Of a stretch of 64,000 nt of DNA, positions 1-11,838 are shown in pieces; positions within the stretch are counted from its first letter, which is position 1, and every line of letters starts with the position of its first letter. The stretch covers positions 577,016 through 641,015 of the forward strand of contig CAZFRF010000001.1 in the NCBI GenBank assembly GCA_964521295.1. The letters run 5' to 3'. The notes below the pieces were generated by a model that did not search any database, had not been told where the DNA came from, and saw nothing but the letters and a program-made list of their open reading frames with translations. This DNA comes from an uncultured Gammaproteobacteria bacterium (GTDB lineage: Bacteria > Patescibacteriota > Microgenomatia > Levybacterales > UBA12049). The position numbers were made by a program, and so were the translations under genes.

Positions 1-1
1 T

Positions 2-30
2 AGTAAATCAGAATTTTATTTTTGTGTCAA
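2..30 (-). promoter_or_regulatory. sigma70-type promoter for the gene left of the window (possibly tuf)
   Basis: Minus strand TTGACA (30-25), 17 nt spacer, TTTACT (7-2) preceded by TGa. Confidence 0.55.
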
Positions 31-34
31 TAAA

Positions 35-625
35 TTAAGTGTTATTTGTAAAACCAAATCTATTCATAAAATCTATATACGACTGATATATTGCTCGAAC
101 CTCACCCATTTCTCCTTTAACCAAACCTTTATTTTTATAAACTTCATACATTTCAGCTATTGTCTTCGATTTATCATGTGGAACAGGTATATCTGATTGC
201 CTAAACCCAGCAATTCTTGCAGCTCTAGCCAACCTCTCGTAAGTAAAGCCGAAGACAAAATCTGGTTTAAAATTTATTCTGATCATAAAATCAGCAACCC
301 CAGCAAACGAATCCTTTATATCTAAAAAGGGTGTACTTGACCTAACCGGAGGAAGATGAATTTCCAAAACTGGTCTATCTGGAACTAATTGAAATTCCCC
401 ACCATAATCAATTAAATAAGGTCCATTCCAAATTCCTGGGTCAACTGCAAGTCTACCAATATATTTCCTAGCGCCCTTAAAATAATCTAAATCATCCGGT
501 CTGGGATCCAATAATTTACGCAACATAACCTCCCTATTAACAAAAGCTTCAGGTGGTAAATGGATAGCTGCTAAATTATAAGCATTAAAAGCAGATTTTT
601 TTCTCAAATTAGATAATCTTTCCAT
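35..625 (-). CDS. hypothetical protein (weak YkoP/GNAT-like pattern)
   Basis: 196 aa ORF directly downstream of fusA; VLEIHLP...VFGFTYERLARAARIAGF pattern. Confidence 0.65.
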   Translation of the reverse strand: MERLSNLRKKSAFNAYNLAAIHLPPEAFVNREVMLRKLLDPRPDDLDYFKGARKYIGRLAVDPGIWNGPYLIDYGGEFQLVPDRPVLEIHLPPVRSSTPFLDIKDSFAGVADFMIRINFKPDFVFGFTYERLARAARIAGFRQSDIPVPHDKSKTIAEMYEVYKNKGLVKGEMGEVRAIYQSYIDFMNRFGFTNNT

Positions 626-643
626 ACTTAACTTAAAGTGGAT

Positions 644-2752
644 TTATTCAATTCTGCCAGTAAAAGTGGATTTAGCCAACATTTGTTGGACAATATTTTG
701 AGGAACTTCTTCATAATGAGATTTTTCCATATAATAACTTGCTCTTCCTTGAGACATGGATCTAATTGTAGTTGCATAACCTGAAAGCTCTGCGAGTGGA
801 ACCATAGCTAAGATTACTGTTGCTTTACTTCTTTCTTCAGTTCCCATAATCTGAGCTCTTTTAGCGGATAAATCACCAATAACATCTCCTAAGAATTCTC
901 CAGGAGTTGTAACTTCAACCTTCATAATAGGCTCTAAAAGAATCATTTCAGCTTTTTTAGAAGCTGCTTGTAATGCTTGAGAAGCAGCAATCTTAAAGGC
1001 AACTTCTGAAGAATCAACGTCATGATATGATCCATCATATACAGTGACCTCAAGATCAACTACTGGATACCCAAGTAGGATTCCATTAGTTAATGTTTCA
1101 TTAACACCTTTTTCAATAGCTTTAATAAACTCTGCTGGAATAGCTCCACCCTTAATGGCATCAATAAACTCAAAACCTTCTCCTCTTGGCTTTGGTTTAA
1201 CTCTAAGCCAACAGTGACCATATTGTCCTCTTCCTCCTGATTGCCTGATATATTTTCCCTCTCCCTCTGCTTCCATCTTGAATGTTTCTTTGTAAGCTAC
1301 TTGAGGTGCTCCAACGTTTGCTAAAACACCAAATTCTCTCTTCATTCTATCTACCATAACTTCTAATTGAAGCTCTCCCATTCCTGAGATAATGGTTTGA
1401 TTAGTTTCATGATTAGTTTTAATAGAGAAAGTTGGATCTTCTTCTGAAAGTCTTTTTAGAGCTAAGCCTAATTTTTCCTGATCAGCTTTAGTTTTTGGTT
1501 CAATTGCTAAAGAAATAACTGGTTCTGGGAAAGAAATTTTTTCTAATACAATTGGAGCCTTGTCATCACAAAGAGTATCTCCTGTAATTGTATCCTTAAG
1601 GCCTACTAAAGCAACTATTTCTCCAGCGAATGCTTCTTTTATTTCTTCCCTGTGATTTGCGTGCATCAAAAGGATACGACCAACTCTTTCTTGACTGTTT
1701 TTAGTACTGTTGTAAATATATGAACCTGCAGCTACTTTTCCACTATAAACTCTAAAGTAGGTTAATTTTCCAACATGTGGATCAATTTGAATTTTGAAAG
1801 CTAGTCCTGACATTGGCTCTTCCATAACCAATTTTCTAGTTTCTGCTTCTCCTGTTTTTGGATTTGTACCTTTTACCTCACCTAAATCAAGTGGAGATGG
1901 TAAATAATCAATAACTGCATCTAAAAGTGGTTGTACGCCTTTGTTTCTCAATGAACTTCCTGCGAAAATTGGGACTAACTTATAGGCAATAACTGCGCGT
2001 CGCAAAGCTGCCTTCAATTCTTCGTCAGAAATTGTATCTCCATTTAGGTATTTTTCAAGTAATGCATCATCAGTTTCAGCAATTTTTTCAACAAGCTTCA
2101 TTCTAAACTCTTCTGCTTGTACCTTCATGTCTTCAGGAATGTCAGTAACTTCAAATTTTGCACCTAAATTATCATTTTCCCAGACATAGGCCTTCATTTC
2201 CATTAAATGAACAATACCTGTAAATGTGCTCTCTGCTCCAATTGGAAGTACCATAATTAATGGATTTGCACCAAGTCTATCTTCAATGGTTTTAACTGTA
2301 TGTAAGAAATCTGCTCCAAGCTTATCCATTTTATTAACAAAACAAATTCTTGGTACCTTATATTTATCTGCTTGTCTCCAAACTGTTTCAGACTGAGATT
2401 GTACTCCTTCTTCTGCATCAAGTACGGTAATACCACCATCTAAAACTCTTAAAGACCTTTCTACTTCGGCTGTAAAATCAACGTGGCCAGGAGTATCGAT
2501 AATATTTACTCTATAGTCTTTCCAAAAAGCAGTGGTTGCAGCGGAAACGATGGTAATACCTCTTTCTCTTTCCTGTTCCATCCAGTCCATCTGGGTATTT
2601 CCTTCATCAATATCTCCAATTTTATAGGTTTTTCCAGTATAGAAAAGAATACGCTCTGTTGTTGTAGTTTTACCTGCATCAATGTGGGCGATAATACCAA
2701 TGTTTCTTACCTTATCTAGTGCCTGATCTCTTTTTGTTGGTTGATCTGCCAT
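644..2752 (-). CDS. fusA: elongation factor G
   Basis: [34 protein letters not shown] motifs. Confidence 0.99.
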   Translation of the reverse strand: MADQPTKRDQALDKVRNIGIIAHIDAGKTTTTERILFYTGKTYKIGDIDEGNTQMDWMEQERERGITIVSAATTAFWKDYRVNIIDTPGHVDFTAEVERSLRVLDGGITVLDAEEGVQSQSETVWRQADKYKVPRICFVNKMDKLGADFLHTVKTIEDRLGANPLIMVLPIGAESTFTGIVHLMEMKAYVWENDNLGAKFEVTDIPEDMKVQAEEFRMKLVEKIAETDDALLEKYLNGDTISDEELKAALRRAVIAYKLVPIFAGSSLRNKGVQPLLDAVIDYLPSPLDLGEVKGTNPKTGEAETRKLVMEEPMSGLAFKIQIDPHVGKLTYFRVYSGKVAAGSYIYNSTKNSQERVGRILLMHANHREEIKEAFAGEIVALVGLKDTITGDTLCDDKAPIVLEKISFPEPVISLAIEPKTKADQEKLGLALKRLSEEDPTFSIKTNHETNQTIISGMGELQLEVMVDRMKREFGVLANVGAPQVAYKETFKMEAEGEGKYIRQSGGRGQYGHCWLRVKPKPRGEGFEFIDAIKGGAIPAEFIKAIEKGVNETLTNGILLGYPVVDLEVTVYDGSYHDVDSSEVAFKIAASQALQAASKKAEMILLEPIMKVEVTTPGEFLGDVIGDLSAKRAQIMGTEERSKATVILAMVPLAELSGYATTIRSMSQGRASYYMEKSHYEEVPQNIVQQMLAKSTFTGRIE

Positions 2753-2792
2753 AATAATCCTTTAAATTAATTCTATACTATTTTGAGAAACT

Positions 2793-3263
2793 TTAGAACC
2801 TGAAGTGACCGAAAGCTCTATTTGCTTCTGCCATTTTAAGAACATTATCTCTTTTTTTAATTGCTGCGCCTTCACCTTTAGCGGCTTCTACAATTTCTGC
2901 TGCTAATTTTTCTGCAAATGTGTGGAATTCTGAATTTGATCTTGCTCTAGCTGCTTCAACAATCCATCTAATTGCTAAAGCATTTTTTCTATCTCCTCTT
3001 ACTTCGAGTGGAACTTGATAGTTTGCGCCTCCAACTCTTCTTGCTTTAACTTCAACTTTTGGACCAACATTACTTATTGCTGACTCAAAAATCTCAATTG
3101 CATTTCCGTTTTTAGCTAAAACATCCATTGCGCCATAGAAGGCTTTTTCAGCTGCTTTTCTTTTTCCGTCTTTCATAATACGGTTAATAAATTTAGCCAC
3201 TAATAAGTTGCCATATACTGCATCTACATTAATTTCTCTTTTTTCTGCTTTTTTGTGTCTCAT
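2793..3263 (-). CDS. rpsG: 30S ribosomal protein S7
   Basis: RRVGGANYQVP, MAEANRAF motifs; str operon position. Confidence 0.99.
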   Translation of the reverse strand: MRHKKAEKREINVDAVYGNLLVAKFINRIMKDGKRKAAEKAFYGAMDVLAKNGNAIEIFESAISNVGPKVEVKARRVGGANYQVPLEVRGDRKNALAIRWIVEAARARSNSEFHTFAEKLAAEIVEAAKGEGAAIKKRDNVLKMAEANRAFGHFRF

Positions 3264-3264
3264 T

Positions 3265-3705
3265 TTATGCTGCTCCTCCTGCTACCTTAGCTGGTCCAGC
3301 TGATCTCTTGGCTCCATATTTTGATCTTGAAGATTTTCTACCCTCAACGCCTGCTAAATCAAATTTACCTCTAACTATGTGATACTTAACACCCGGTAAG
3401 TCCTTTACTCTTCCACCTCTAACCAAAACTATTCCGTGCTCAGATAAAGAATGTCCTACTCCTTGAATATAGGCTGTTACTTCCATTCTATTAGAAAGCT
3501 TAACTCTTGCAACTTTTCTCAAAGCTGAATTTGGTTTCTTTGGAGTCATTGTTTTAACCAAAGTAACTACACCACGCTTTTGAGGACCTTCAATATTGCT
3601 ATAAGTTCTTTCTCTAGCATTAAAAATTCTTCTTAAAGCGGTTGCTTTAACTTTTTTTGCTTTTTTATTTCTTCCTTTTTTTGTTAACTGACTAAGTGTT
3701 GGCAT
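3265..3705 (-). CDS. rpsL: 30S ribosomal protein S12
   Basis: [20 protein letters not shown]; start moved to ATG 3705 (MPTLSQL). Confidence 0.98.
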   Translation of the reverse strand: MPTLSQLTKKGRNKKAKKVKATALRRIFNARERTYSNIEGPQKRGVVTLVKTMTPKKPNSALRKVARVKLSNRMEVTAYIQGVGHSLSEHGIVLVRGGRVKDLPGVKYHIVRGKFDLAGVEGRKSSRSKYGAKRSAGPAKVAGGAA

Positions 3706-3718
3706 ATTAAGTAAAGTA

Positions 3719-6700
3719 TTATACAGTATCTGGAGTATTACCCTCAACTGGGATAAGTCTTCCGATAATAACATTTTCTTTAAGACCTACTAATTTATCT
3801 TCAGACCCCTCAAGCGCTGCGTCAGTTAAGACTTTAGTTGTCTCTTGGAAGGATGATGCTGACAACCATGAGTCTGAGAACAAGGATGATTTTGTAATAC
3901 CTAAGATTGTTTGCCTTGCAGTTGCTGGCTCTCCACCCTGAGATAATACTTCTGCATTGATTTGTTCAAATCTAGTCTTAGTTATAAAGTCTCCAGGGAT
4001 AAGTGATGTATCTCCAACTGTTTCAACAATTACCTTATCAGACATTTTTCTCAAAATTACTTCAAAATGTTTATCATTAATTCCAATTCCCTGTGATTCA
4101 TAAACTTTTTGAGCTTCTGTAATGATATATCTTTGTCCATCTACCAAACCTTTGATCTTAATAACCTCTTTTGGATCTAAGTATCCAACAGCAAGTTGTG
4201 CACCGGACAAAATATCAGTATTGTTTTCTACTGTTAAGGTAGAGGTTAATGGTACGAAATATTCTTTTTCTTCTACTGGCTTTCTAGAACTTTTAATTCT
4301 AATAATATAACCATCTTCTCCAGCTTCAATTGTTACTCTTCCAGAGATTTCTGCAATTGGTGACAATGTCTTTGGCGTTCTCATTTCGAAAAGCTCTTCT
4401 ACTCTTGGTAAACCTTGAGTAACGTCACTCATAACGATACCTCCGAAATGTCTAACCTTCATAGTAAGCTGAGTTCCTGGTTCTCCAATAGATTGAGCTG
4501 CGACAACTCCGACTGGTACTCCAGAATCTACAATTCTCTTAGTTGAGAAGTCCCAACCGTAACACATTGCACAAATTCCATATTGAAGCTCACAAGTAAT
4601 TGCACTTCTAACAACGATCTCGATTACTTCTCCGGCTACAATTTCTTTAAGTTTTTCTTCTGTAATTTCTTCGTTAGCTTTCATTATTTCTTTCTTGGTT
4701 GTTTTAGATACAACTTTATCAGCTGTAAATCTACCCAAAATTCTATCTTCAAAAGCTGCTGTTCTACCTGGCTCATTAGCTCTAATCATAATTCCTGATT
4801 GTGTTCCACAATCATTAGATCTAACAATTACATCATGAGATACGTCAACTAATCTTCTAGTTAAGTATCCTGCATTTGCGGTCTTTAATGCTGAGTCGGT
4901 CAAACCTTTTCTAGATCCTCTAGCTGAAGCAACGTATTCAAAGATTGACAAACCTTCTCTAAAGTTACCTTTAATTGGAAGCTCAACAATCCTACCTAAT
5001 GGATCTAAGATAAGACCTCTCATAGCGGATAACTGTTTTAGCTGTTCTTTTCCTGCTCTTGCACCCTCAGAATCGATAATTGTTCTAATAACGTTTCCTG
5101 TTTTTAGATTATTCCAGGTCTTGTCTGCGATAATATTGGTTGTTTCAAGCCAGATTTCGTTAGAAAGTCTTTTCTTTTCATCGTTAGTAATAAGACCTGA
5201 TTGATATTCTTCTTCAATTTGAGCAACTCTTTTCTCGGCGTCACTTATTAAAACATTTTTCTCTTCGACCATTTCATTATCGAATACTGATACTGAAATT
5301 CCTGAAACTGTTGAACCATAGAATCCTAATGCTTTAACATTGTCAATTAAAGCTTCAACTTCTTCTGCATTTAATGCTTTAATTGCTGTAGTGATAATCT
5401 TTTTAATACCTGAAGCTTTAATAGACTCATTTAGGAATCCGAAAAACTTAGGAAGCCTTTCGTTTAACATAAGTCTTCCTACTGTTGTTTCAACTACTTT
5501 ACCATCAAGTTTTACTCTAATTGGCTCTCTTAATTTCAAAAAGCCCATTGAGTGTGCAAGCATTGCTTCATTTAAATCTGTATAGTTTTTTAGTTCTTCT
5601 GCTCTTAAAGATTCATCAATGGATGTTAAGTAAAAAATACCAACAGCCATTTCCTTATTAGGTAGGGTAATTGGGCTACCATCTGCTGGCTTTAAAAGAT
5701 TGTGCCTTGGCATCATGAGCTCTTTAGCTTCCTCTTGAGCTTTTGCGGACAATGGAATATGAACAGCCATCTGATCTCCATCGAAGTCTGCATTATAACC
5801 AGAACAGACACAAGGATGAAGTGCAATTGCGGCTCCTTCAATAAGGACTGGATAGAAAGCCTGTATACCTAATTTATGTAACGTAGGAGCACGGTTTAAG
5901 AGAACTGGATGACCCTTAGTAATCTCTTCCAAGATATCAAAGACTTCTGGGCTTCTCTTTTCTATAAATCTTTTTGCAGATTTAATGTTTGGAGCAAATC
6001 CTCTAACAATAACTTCTCTTAATACAAAAGGCTTAAACATTTCGAGTGCCATTTCTTTTGGAAGTCCGCACTCAGATAATTTAAGTTCAGGTCCAACAAC
6101 GATAACTGATCTTCCAGAATAATCAACTCTTTTACCTAAGAGATTCTGTCTAAATCTTCCTTGTTTTCCTCTTAACATGTCTGAAAGAGATCTCAAAGGT
6201 GAACTTACAACTTGGTTTGTTCGCTGACTTGCATCGATTAAAGAATCAACAGATTCTTGTAGCATTCTTTTTTCGTTTCTTAAGATAATTTCAGGTGCAC
6301 CTAGAGCCATTAAATGCTTTAGCCTATTGTTTCTATTAATAACTCTTCTATATAAATCGTTAAGATCTGAAGTCGCAAATCTTCCTCCAGCAAGCTGTAC
6401 CATTGGTCTTAAGTCTGGTGGGATAACTGGTAAGACTGACAAAACCATAGACTTTGGTTCTACTCCAGCTTTTCTCATAGCCTCTAAGAGCCTTAATCTT
6501 TTAATGAGCTTGAAGTATCTTTGTCCTTTAGACTTTGCTGTTTCTTCTCTTAAGTCAACAATTAATTTAGAAATACCAATTTTTTCAATAAGTTCACTAA
6601 GTCCTTCTGCACCAGTTTTAATAGTGAAGAAAACTGGTATATCATATTCTAAAATCTTGAAGTATTCATCTTCAGAAAGTACTGATCCGATTTTAAGGCT

Positions 6701-7435
6701 TTTAAGAAGCTTAGATAATGCTTCTTGGATTTCATCAAGCTTTCTAGCTTCTGCTTCAGATCTTTCTTGAAGTCTAGCCATTTTTTGTCTCTTAGAAAGC
6801 TCAATTTCTTGTTCAATAAGGCCTTTTTGTTCGCCTTTTGCTTTAGATGAAGCTGCTTCTTTAAGTCTTGTAGCTACATCTTTTTCTAAATTTTTCTCTT
6901 CTTCAGCGATTTCTTTCTTAAGATCTTCTTTTCTTTTTGTAATGGTTTTAGAAAGAGTTTCTAGAGATTCTTTTTTCTGTTCTTCATCGATATCGGTTAC
7001 TAAATATGAAGCATAGTAAATAACTGATTCCAAAGCTTTTTGGCTCATATCTAAGATCAAGGAAAGTGCAGAACTTGATCCCTTAAAGAACCAAACATGA
7101 GAAACTGGACATGCAAGAGTAATGTGGCCCATTCTTTCTCTTCTAACTCTAGAAAGGGTAACTTCTACTCCACATTTATCGCAGATAATGCCTCTATTTC
7201 TAATTCTTTTGTATTTTCCACAATAACATTCCCAATCTTTCGTAGGTCCAAAAATTCTTTCATCAAATAAACCATCTTTTTCTGGTCTTAATGTTCTATA
7301 GTTAATGGTTTCTGGTTTTGTAACTTCACCAAAAGACCAACCCATAATATCTTCTTTACTAGCTAAAAGAAGCTTTAATGATTTAAAGTCTAAAATTGTT
7401 ATATCTTTATTTTTCTTATCGTTAATATTATTCAT
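3719..7435 (-). CDS. rpoC: RNA polymerase beta' subunit
   Basis: NADFDGDQM catalytic motif, CYCGKYK zinc finger, GEPGTQLT; charged coiled-coil insertion near the N-terminus. Confidence 0.99.
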   Translation of the reverse strand: MNNINDKKNKDITILDFKSLKLLLASKEDIMGWSFGEVTKPETINYRTLRPEKDGLFDERIFGPTKDWECYCGKYKRIRNRGIICDKCGVEVTLSRVRRERMGHITLACPVSHVWFFKGSSSALSLILDMSQKALESVIYYASYLVTDIDEEQKKESLETLSKTITKRKEDLKKEIAEEEKNLEKDVATRLKEAASSKAKGEQKGLIEQEIELSKRQKMARLQERSEAEARKLDEIQEALSKLLKSLKIGSVLSEDEYFKILEYDIPVFFTIKTGAEGLSELIEKIGISKLIVDLREETAKSKGQRYFKLIKRLRLLEAMRKAGVEPKSMVLSVLPVIPPDLRPMVQLAGGRFATSDLNDLYRRVINRNNRLKHLMALGAPEIILRNEKRMLQESVDSLIDASQRTNQVVSSPLRSLSDMLRGKQGRFRQNLLGKRVDYSGRSVIVVGPELKLSECGLPKEMALEMFKPFVLREVIVRGFAPNIKSAKRFIEKRSPEVFDILEEITKGHPVLLNRAPTLHKLGIQAFYPVLIEGAAIALHPCVCSGYNADFDGDQMAVHIPLSAKAQEEAKELMMPRHNLLKPADGSPITLPNKEMAVGIFYLTSIDESLRAEELKNYTDLNEAMLAHSMGFLKLREPIRVKLDGKVVETTVGRLMLNERLPKFFGFLNESIKASGIKKIITTAIKALNAEEVEALIDNVKALGFYGSTVSGISVSVFDNEMVEEKNVLISDAEKRVAQIEEEYQSGLITNDEKKRLSNEIWLETTNIIADKTWNNLKTGNVIRTIIDSEGARAGKEQLKQLSAMRGLILDPLGRIVELPIKGNFREGLSIFEYVASARGSRKGLTDSALKTANAGYLTRRLVDVSHDVIVRSNDCGTQSGIMIRANEPGRTAAFEDRILGRFTADKVVSKTTKKEIMKANEEITEEKLKEIVAGEVIEIVVRSAITCELQYGICAMCYGWDFSTKRIVDSGVPVGVVAAQSIGEPGTQLTMKVRHFGGIVMSDVTQGLPRVEELFEMRTPKTLSPIAEISGRVTIEAGEDGYIIRIKSSRKPVEEKEYFVPLTSTLTVENNTDILSGAQLAVGYLDPKEVIKIKGLVDGQRYIITEAQKVYESQGIGINDKHFEVILRKMSDKVIVETVGDTSLIPGDFITKTRFEQINAEVLSQGGEPATARQTILGITKSSLFSDSWLSASSFQETTKVLTDAALEGSEDKLVGLKENVIIGRLIPVEGNTPDTV

Positions 7436-10400
7436 TTACTGCCTCCGTTTCTACTACTTCTGGTTCTGCGTCTGCAACTTCTACTCCTAAACCTGTTTCT
7501 TCGACAACTTCTGATCCTAATTCTTGAGCCAACTCCTTTGCCTCTCCTTCAATCTGCTCTTCTGCTGCATCAGCCGGCTGATTTACTGGAGCTGTCCCTA
7601 AGACTGAACCTGTACTTGCTTCATCAACTATTGGTTCAGTTACTACTGCTGCTCCAACTGGAACTACTGATAGTCCTAAAGCGTTTAATTCTTTAATTAA
7701 AACCTTGAATGACTCTGGAACTTTTGGTGTTGGAATATCTGTTCCTTTAACAATAGCTTCGAAAGCTTTTGCTCTTCCAACAACATCGTCTGATTTAATT
7801 GTTAACATTTCTTGTAATGTGTATCTCGCCCTGTGTGCCTCAAGTGCCCAAACTTCCATTTCTCCTAGTCTTTGTCCTCCCATTTGAGCTTTTCCGCCTA
7901 ATGGTTGCTGTGTAACTAAAGAGTATGGTCCAGTTGATCTTGCATGAGTCTTATCTTCAACCATGTGAATAAGTTTCATCATGTATTCAATTCCAACAAC
8001 TACTGGGTTCTCATAAGCTTCACCTGTTCTACCGTCATAAAGAATTGCTTTTCCTGAAACTGGAAGTCCTGCTTTAACTAATTCTTTAGAAATATTTTGC
8101 TCATCTACCTCTTCGAAAACTGGCATTGCAATCTTTTCATCAAGCTGACTTGCTGCCCATCCTAAATGTGCCTCAAGAAGCTGACCCAAATTCATACGAG
8201 CAAGTACTGAGATTGGAGATATGATTATATCAACTGGAGTGCCATCTGCCAAATGTGGCATATCAACTTCAGGTAAGATCTTAGAAATAACACCTTTATT
8301 TCCATGTCTTCCAGCAAGCTTATCTCCAATAACAACGTGTCTAAGTTGGGCTACTTCAACCTGAATTTTTCTTAATGTTCCTGGTTCTAGCTCATCGCCT
8401 TTTTTCCTATCTAAGATTTGAACTGAAATAACTGTTCCTCTTTCTCCATGTGGCATTCTTAAAGATGTATCTCTAACTTCTCTTGCTTGTTCACCGAAAA
8501 TTGCTCTTAAAAGTCTTTCTTCTGCTGAAAGTTCTGTTTCACCTTTTGGAGCAATCTTACCTACCAAGATATCTCCTGGCTCAACTGTACTCCCAACTAC
8601 TACAATACCGTCTTCATCTAAGTTTGCTAAATCTTCTTCAGATACATTCGGGATGTCTCTGGTTGTTTCTTCTGGTCCTAATTTCGTTTCAACAACTGCA
8701 GCTTCATATTTTTCAATATGAATAGAAGAAAGTGCGTCTTCTTTAACTAATCTATCTGAGATTACAATACCGTCCTCATAACCTAATCCGTCAAAAGATG
8801 TATAGGCAATTAAAAGATTTTGTCCTAAAGCGAGTTCACCATTTTCAGATGAAGGACCGTCAACCAATAAAGCACCCTTTAAAACTCTGTCCCCGGTATT
8901 AACAACTGTTCTTTGAGTATATGCTGTTGCTTGAGATGTTCTTTGGAAACTATTTACAAAGTAAGTTACTTCTTCTTTTGGTCCTTTACCTTTAATTGTA
9001 ACTTTATCTGCATCTGCATATTCGATAATACCATCAAATGGTGCATAGAAGACTCTTCCCATCATTTGCGAAATCTTAGATTCCATACCAGTTCCAACCA
9101 TTGGACTTTGTGGTTTAAGTAAAGGTACTGCTTGACACTGCATGTGGGTACCCATTAAAGCTCTGTTGGCTTCATCATGAGAAACAAAAGGAATAAGAGA
9201 GGCTGCTGATCCTACAACTTGTCTTGGAACAACATCAACATATTGAATATTTGCTCTATCGGTTTCAATAAAGTCTCCTCTGTATCTTGCTGGAACTCTT
9301 TCATCTTTGATTTTATCGTTTTCATCTAAAGCTGCTGCATGAGTAACATAAGCTTTTTGTTCATCATCAGCTGATAAATAAACAATTTCATTGGTTGCTT
9401 TGACAACGCCTTTTTCATTAACAACTCTTCTATAAGGTGCTTCTAAGAACCCATACTTATTAACTCTTGTGTATAAAGCAAGATAAGTAACTAAACCGAT
9501 ATTTGGACCTTCGGGGGACCTGATTGGACAAATTCTAGAATATTGTGAAGAGTTAATATCACGAATAGAGAAGGCTGCTCTTTCTCTTGAAATACCTCCA
9601 GTTCCCATAACTGTTAAACGATTTAAGTTATCGATTTCTGAAAGTGGATTTGTTTGATCTAAAATTGTTGAAAGCTGAGATGTTCTAAAGAATTCGTTAA
9701 TAGAAGCCATAATTGGCCTTGCATTAATAAGTGCTCCAATTGAAATTGGTTGGTCTGCTTGAATTAAGCTCATTCTTTCTTTAACACTTCTTTCAAGTCT
9801 TAAAGCACCAATTCTAAAAGCAGTTGTTTGTACTAATTCTCCAACACATCTAACTCTTCTATTTGCTAAATTATCGATATCATCAACTTGTCCTTGAGAT
9901 TTTGCTAATTTAATAAGATAAGCAATAGTGCCAATGATATCTTCTGTGGTTAAAATCTTTGTTTCCTCTGTTGGAGCTTCAAATCCTTCTGTTCCGGTTA
10001 ATTTTTTATTAATTTTGTATCTACCAACTGTTCCAAGATCATATCTTCTATTGTTAAAGAATGTACCTAGGAAATTTTCCTTAACCTTATCTAAAACAAC
10101 TGGTTCTCCAGGATGCATTTTTCTAAAGATTTCAATGTTTGCTTCGTTTGAATCTTGAGTTTCATCTTTAAGTAAAGTGTTTTCAATATATTGGGTTTTT
10201 CCGTCTGCTTCTACTTGGCTAAATCTTCTTTTAATTTCTTCGTTTGAGGAGATTCCGAGGGCTCTTAGGAAGGTTGAAGCTAAGAACTTTCTTCTTCTAT
10301 CAATCTTGACCATAATAGTTTCATGTCTTGTAGTGGTAAATTCAAGCCATGATCCATGAACTGGTCTAATTTCTGCACTATAGATAGTTTTTCCTGTTAC

Positions 10401-10868
10401 ATTATCTGCGGTTGCTGTAAAGAAAACTCCAGGACTTCTAACTAATTGGTTTACAACTGCTCTTTCAATACCGTTAATAACAAAGGTTCCTCTTTCTGTC
10501 ATTTGAGGAATGTCTCCTAAGAAAACTTCTTGATCATAGGTTGCGCCGGTTTTTTTATTAGTTAATACGGCATTTACATAAAGCGGCGCATCAAAAGTAA
10601 CGCCTTTTTTAAGTGCGAGCTCTGGTGTATTTGCATTTTTTCCGATTCTGTAGTCTTTTAATTCTAGGTTCCAATTCTTTTCTGTGAAGTCGTCGATTGG
10701 GGAGATTTCTTGGAGAACTTCTTTAATACCTTCTTCTAAAAACCACTTATAGGATTGTTTTTGAATGGTAAGAAGATCAAGTTGTGGAAGGAGTTCAAAG
10801 TCCTTGCCCCAATTGATCCTGCTCTTAATGTTATCCTTATTATCAGTATTATTGCCCTTTTTTGCCAT
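7428..10868 (-). CDS. rpoB: RNA polymerase beta subunit
   Basis: GDKLAGRHGNKG, GGQRLGEME, PEGPNIGL; acidic C-terminal tail; 8-nt overlap with rpoC. Confidence 0.99.
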   Translation of the reverse strand: MAKKGNNTDNKDNIKSRINWGKDFELLPQLDLLTIQKQSYKWFLEEGIKEVLQEISPIDDFTEKNWNLELKDYRIGKNANTPELALKKGVTFDAPLYVNAVLTNKKTGATYDQEVFLGDIPQMTERGTFVINGIERAVVNQLVRSPGVFFTATADNVTGKTIYSAEIRPVHGSWLEFTTTRHETIMVKIDRRRKFLASTFLRALGISSNEEIKRRFSQVEADGKTQYIENTLLKDETQDSNEANIEIFRKMHPGEPVVLDKVKENFLGTFFNNRRYDLGTVGRYKINKKLTGTEGFEAPTEETKILTTEDIIGTIAYLIKLAKSQGQVDDIDNLANRRVRCVGELVQTTAFRIGALRLERSVKERMSLIQADQPISIGALINARPIMASINEFFRTSQLSTILDQTNPLSEIDNLNRLTVMGTGGISRERAAFSIRDINSSQYSRICPIRSPEGPNIGLVTYLALYTRVNKYGFLEAPYRRVVNEKGVVKATNEIVYLSADDEQKAYVTHAAALDENDKIKDERVPARYRGDFIETDRANIQYVDVVPRQVVGSAASLIPFVSHDEANRALMGTHMQCQAVPLLKPQSPMVGTGMESKISQMMGRVFYAPFDGIIEYADADKVTIKGKGPKEEVTYFVNSFQRTSQATAYTQRTVVNTGDRVLKGALLVDGPSSENGELALGQNLLIAYTSFDGLGYEDGIVISDRLVKEDALSSIHIEKYEAAVVETKLGPEETTRDIPNVSEEDLANLDEDGIVVVGSTVEPGDILVGKIAPKGETELSAEERLLRAIFGEQAREVRDTSLRMPHGERGTVISVQILDRKKGDELEPGTLRKIQVEVAQLRHVVIGDKLAGRHGNKGVISKILPEVDMPHLADGTPVDIIISPISVLARMNLGQLLEAHLGWAASQLDEKIAMPVFEEVDEQNISKELVKAGLPVSGKAILYDGRTGEAYENPVVVGIEYMMKLIHMVEDKTHARSTGPYSLVTQQPLGGKAQMGGQRLGEMEVWALEAHRARYTLQEMLTIKSDDVVGRAKAFEAIVKGTDIPTPKVPESFKVLIKELNALGLSVVPVGAAVVTEPIVDEASTGSVLGTAPVNQPADAAEEQIEGEAKELAQELGSEVVEETGLGVEVADAEPEVVETEAVNE

Positions 10869-10906
10869 TCAAGTTTAATAAATCTTATAGGACTGCACAG
10901 TAACGC

Positions 10907-10941
10907 AAAAAAATGGCAAAGGTCTTTCACCTTTTCCATTT
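10907..10941 (-). terminator. terminator-like hairpin in the rpoB 5' leader (candidate attenuator)
   Basis: AAAUGGAAAAGGU-GAAAG-ACCUUUGCCAUUU (12 of 13 pairs) ending in a run of 7 U. Confidence 0.6.
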
Positions 10942-10961
10942 GTTCCCTATAGAGTGTTAAA

Positions 10962-10990
10962 TTTATACCATGAGAACTACAAGCTGTCAA
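10962..10990 (-). promoter_or_regulatory. rpoB promoter
   Basis: TTGACA (10990-10985), 17 nt spacer, TGg-TATAAA (10967-10962). Confidence 0.65.
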
Positions 10991-10999
10991 GAGGTAATA

Positions 11000-11803
11000 T
11001 TAACTTTTCTTATGCAAATCTGGATGCTTTGCTTCTAGATAATAACCAGGCTTATCACTTGTAACATCTCTCCAAGCAATGGCACCAACTTGTTCAGTAA
11101 AGATTGTGCCAGTTACATCATTTACCCAAAACGCTCCATACTGATTATCTTTATATAGACGACAAACCGCTCTCCCTCCACTTGCTCTGATTACTTCATA
11201 TAATCCATTTCTTCCTAATCCATTCTCCCTGGGCAAACCTTCGTAAAATGGATAGCCTCCATGGAGCTCATTTAACATATACCTATTCATCCAGCTTGGA
11301 CTTATATTCCCATCATATACAGCCTGTCTCGGAGCTTCTGAAGAAATCCATCTTGCTAAATTCACTAAATCTTCGACCTCAGCTAAATTAGCAACATTTC
11401 CCAACGCATTTCTTACATTTAAATAACCTTCATTATCAACAACTGAACCCATGGGAATATCCTCCCACTTATCACCTGTTGTTAGTGTTAAAGGCATTTT
11501 AACTCCATTCGCAAGCTTACCATCAGCAACAGATACATAATAATCTTGTCTATTCTCTCCTCTGCCTACTCTTTCCAATAATGGAGGATAAGATAGGATC
11601 CTACGAGTATATGGAACACCTGAAGGTTGTCCTTCTAGTCTAACCGTTGATGACTCTGGAACTGATAAGGCTGACAAAACAGGATCAAGAAAGCCAATTA
11701 TTCTTTCAGCTGCTTGTTGATGGGCATCAATACTAGCACGTGCGCCTTTTTGCTCTAATGCTCTTCTTAAAACCGGATTTTTGGGAGCTTCTACTCTTGC
11801 CAT
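11000..11803 (-). CDS. hypothetical protein
   Basis: 267 aa ORF with its own TTGACA-16-TATAAT promoter 6 nt before the ATG. Confidence 0.75.
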   Translation of the reverse strand: MARVEAPKNPVLRRALEQKGARASIDAHQQAAERIIGFLDPVLSALSVPESSTVRLEGQPSGVPYTRRILSYPPLLERVGRGENRQDYYVSVADGKLANGVKMPLTLTTGDKWEDIPMGSVVDNEGYLNVRNALGNVANLAEVEDLVNLARWISSEAPRQAVYDGNISPSWMNRYMLNELHGGYPFYEGLPRENGLGRNGLYEVIRASGGRAVCRLYKDNQYGAFWVNDVTGTIFTEQVGAIAWRDVTSDKPGYYLEAKHPDLHKKS

Positions 11804-11809
11804 GAGGGA

Positions 11810-11837
11810 ATTATATTGCTTTTTTTATTAATGTCAA
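11810..11837 (-). promoter_or_regulatory. promoter, leaderless configuration
   Basis: TTGACA 11837-11832, TATAAT 11815-11810, ATG at 11803. Confidence 0.7.
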
Positions 11838-11838
11838 A

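Noticed and set aside
10736-10990. 84-aa ORF overlapping the rpoB start as a leader peptide
   Set aside because: Its start codon is the TTG of the -35 box, so it lies upstream of the predicted transcript.
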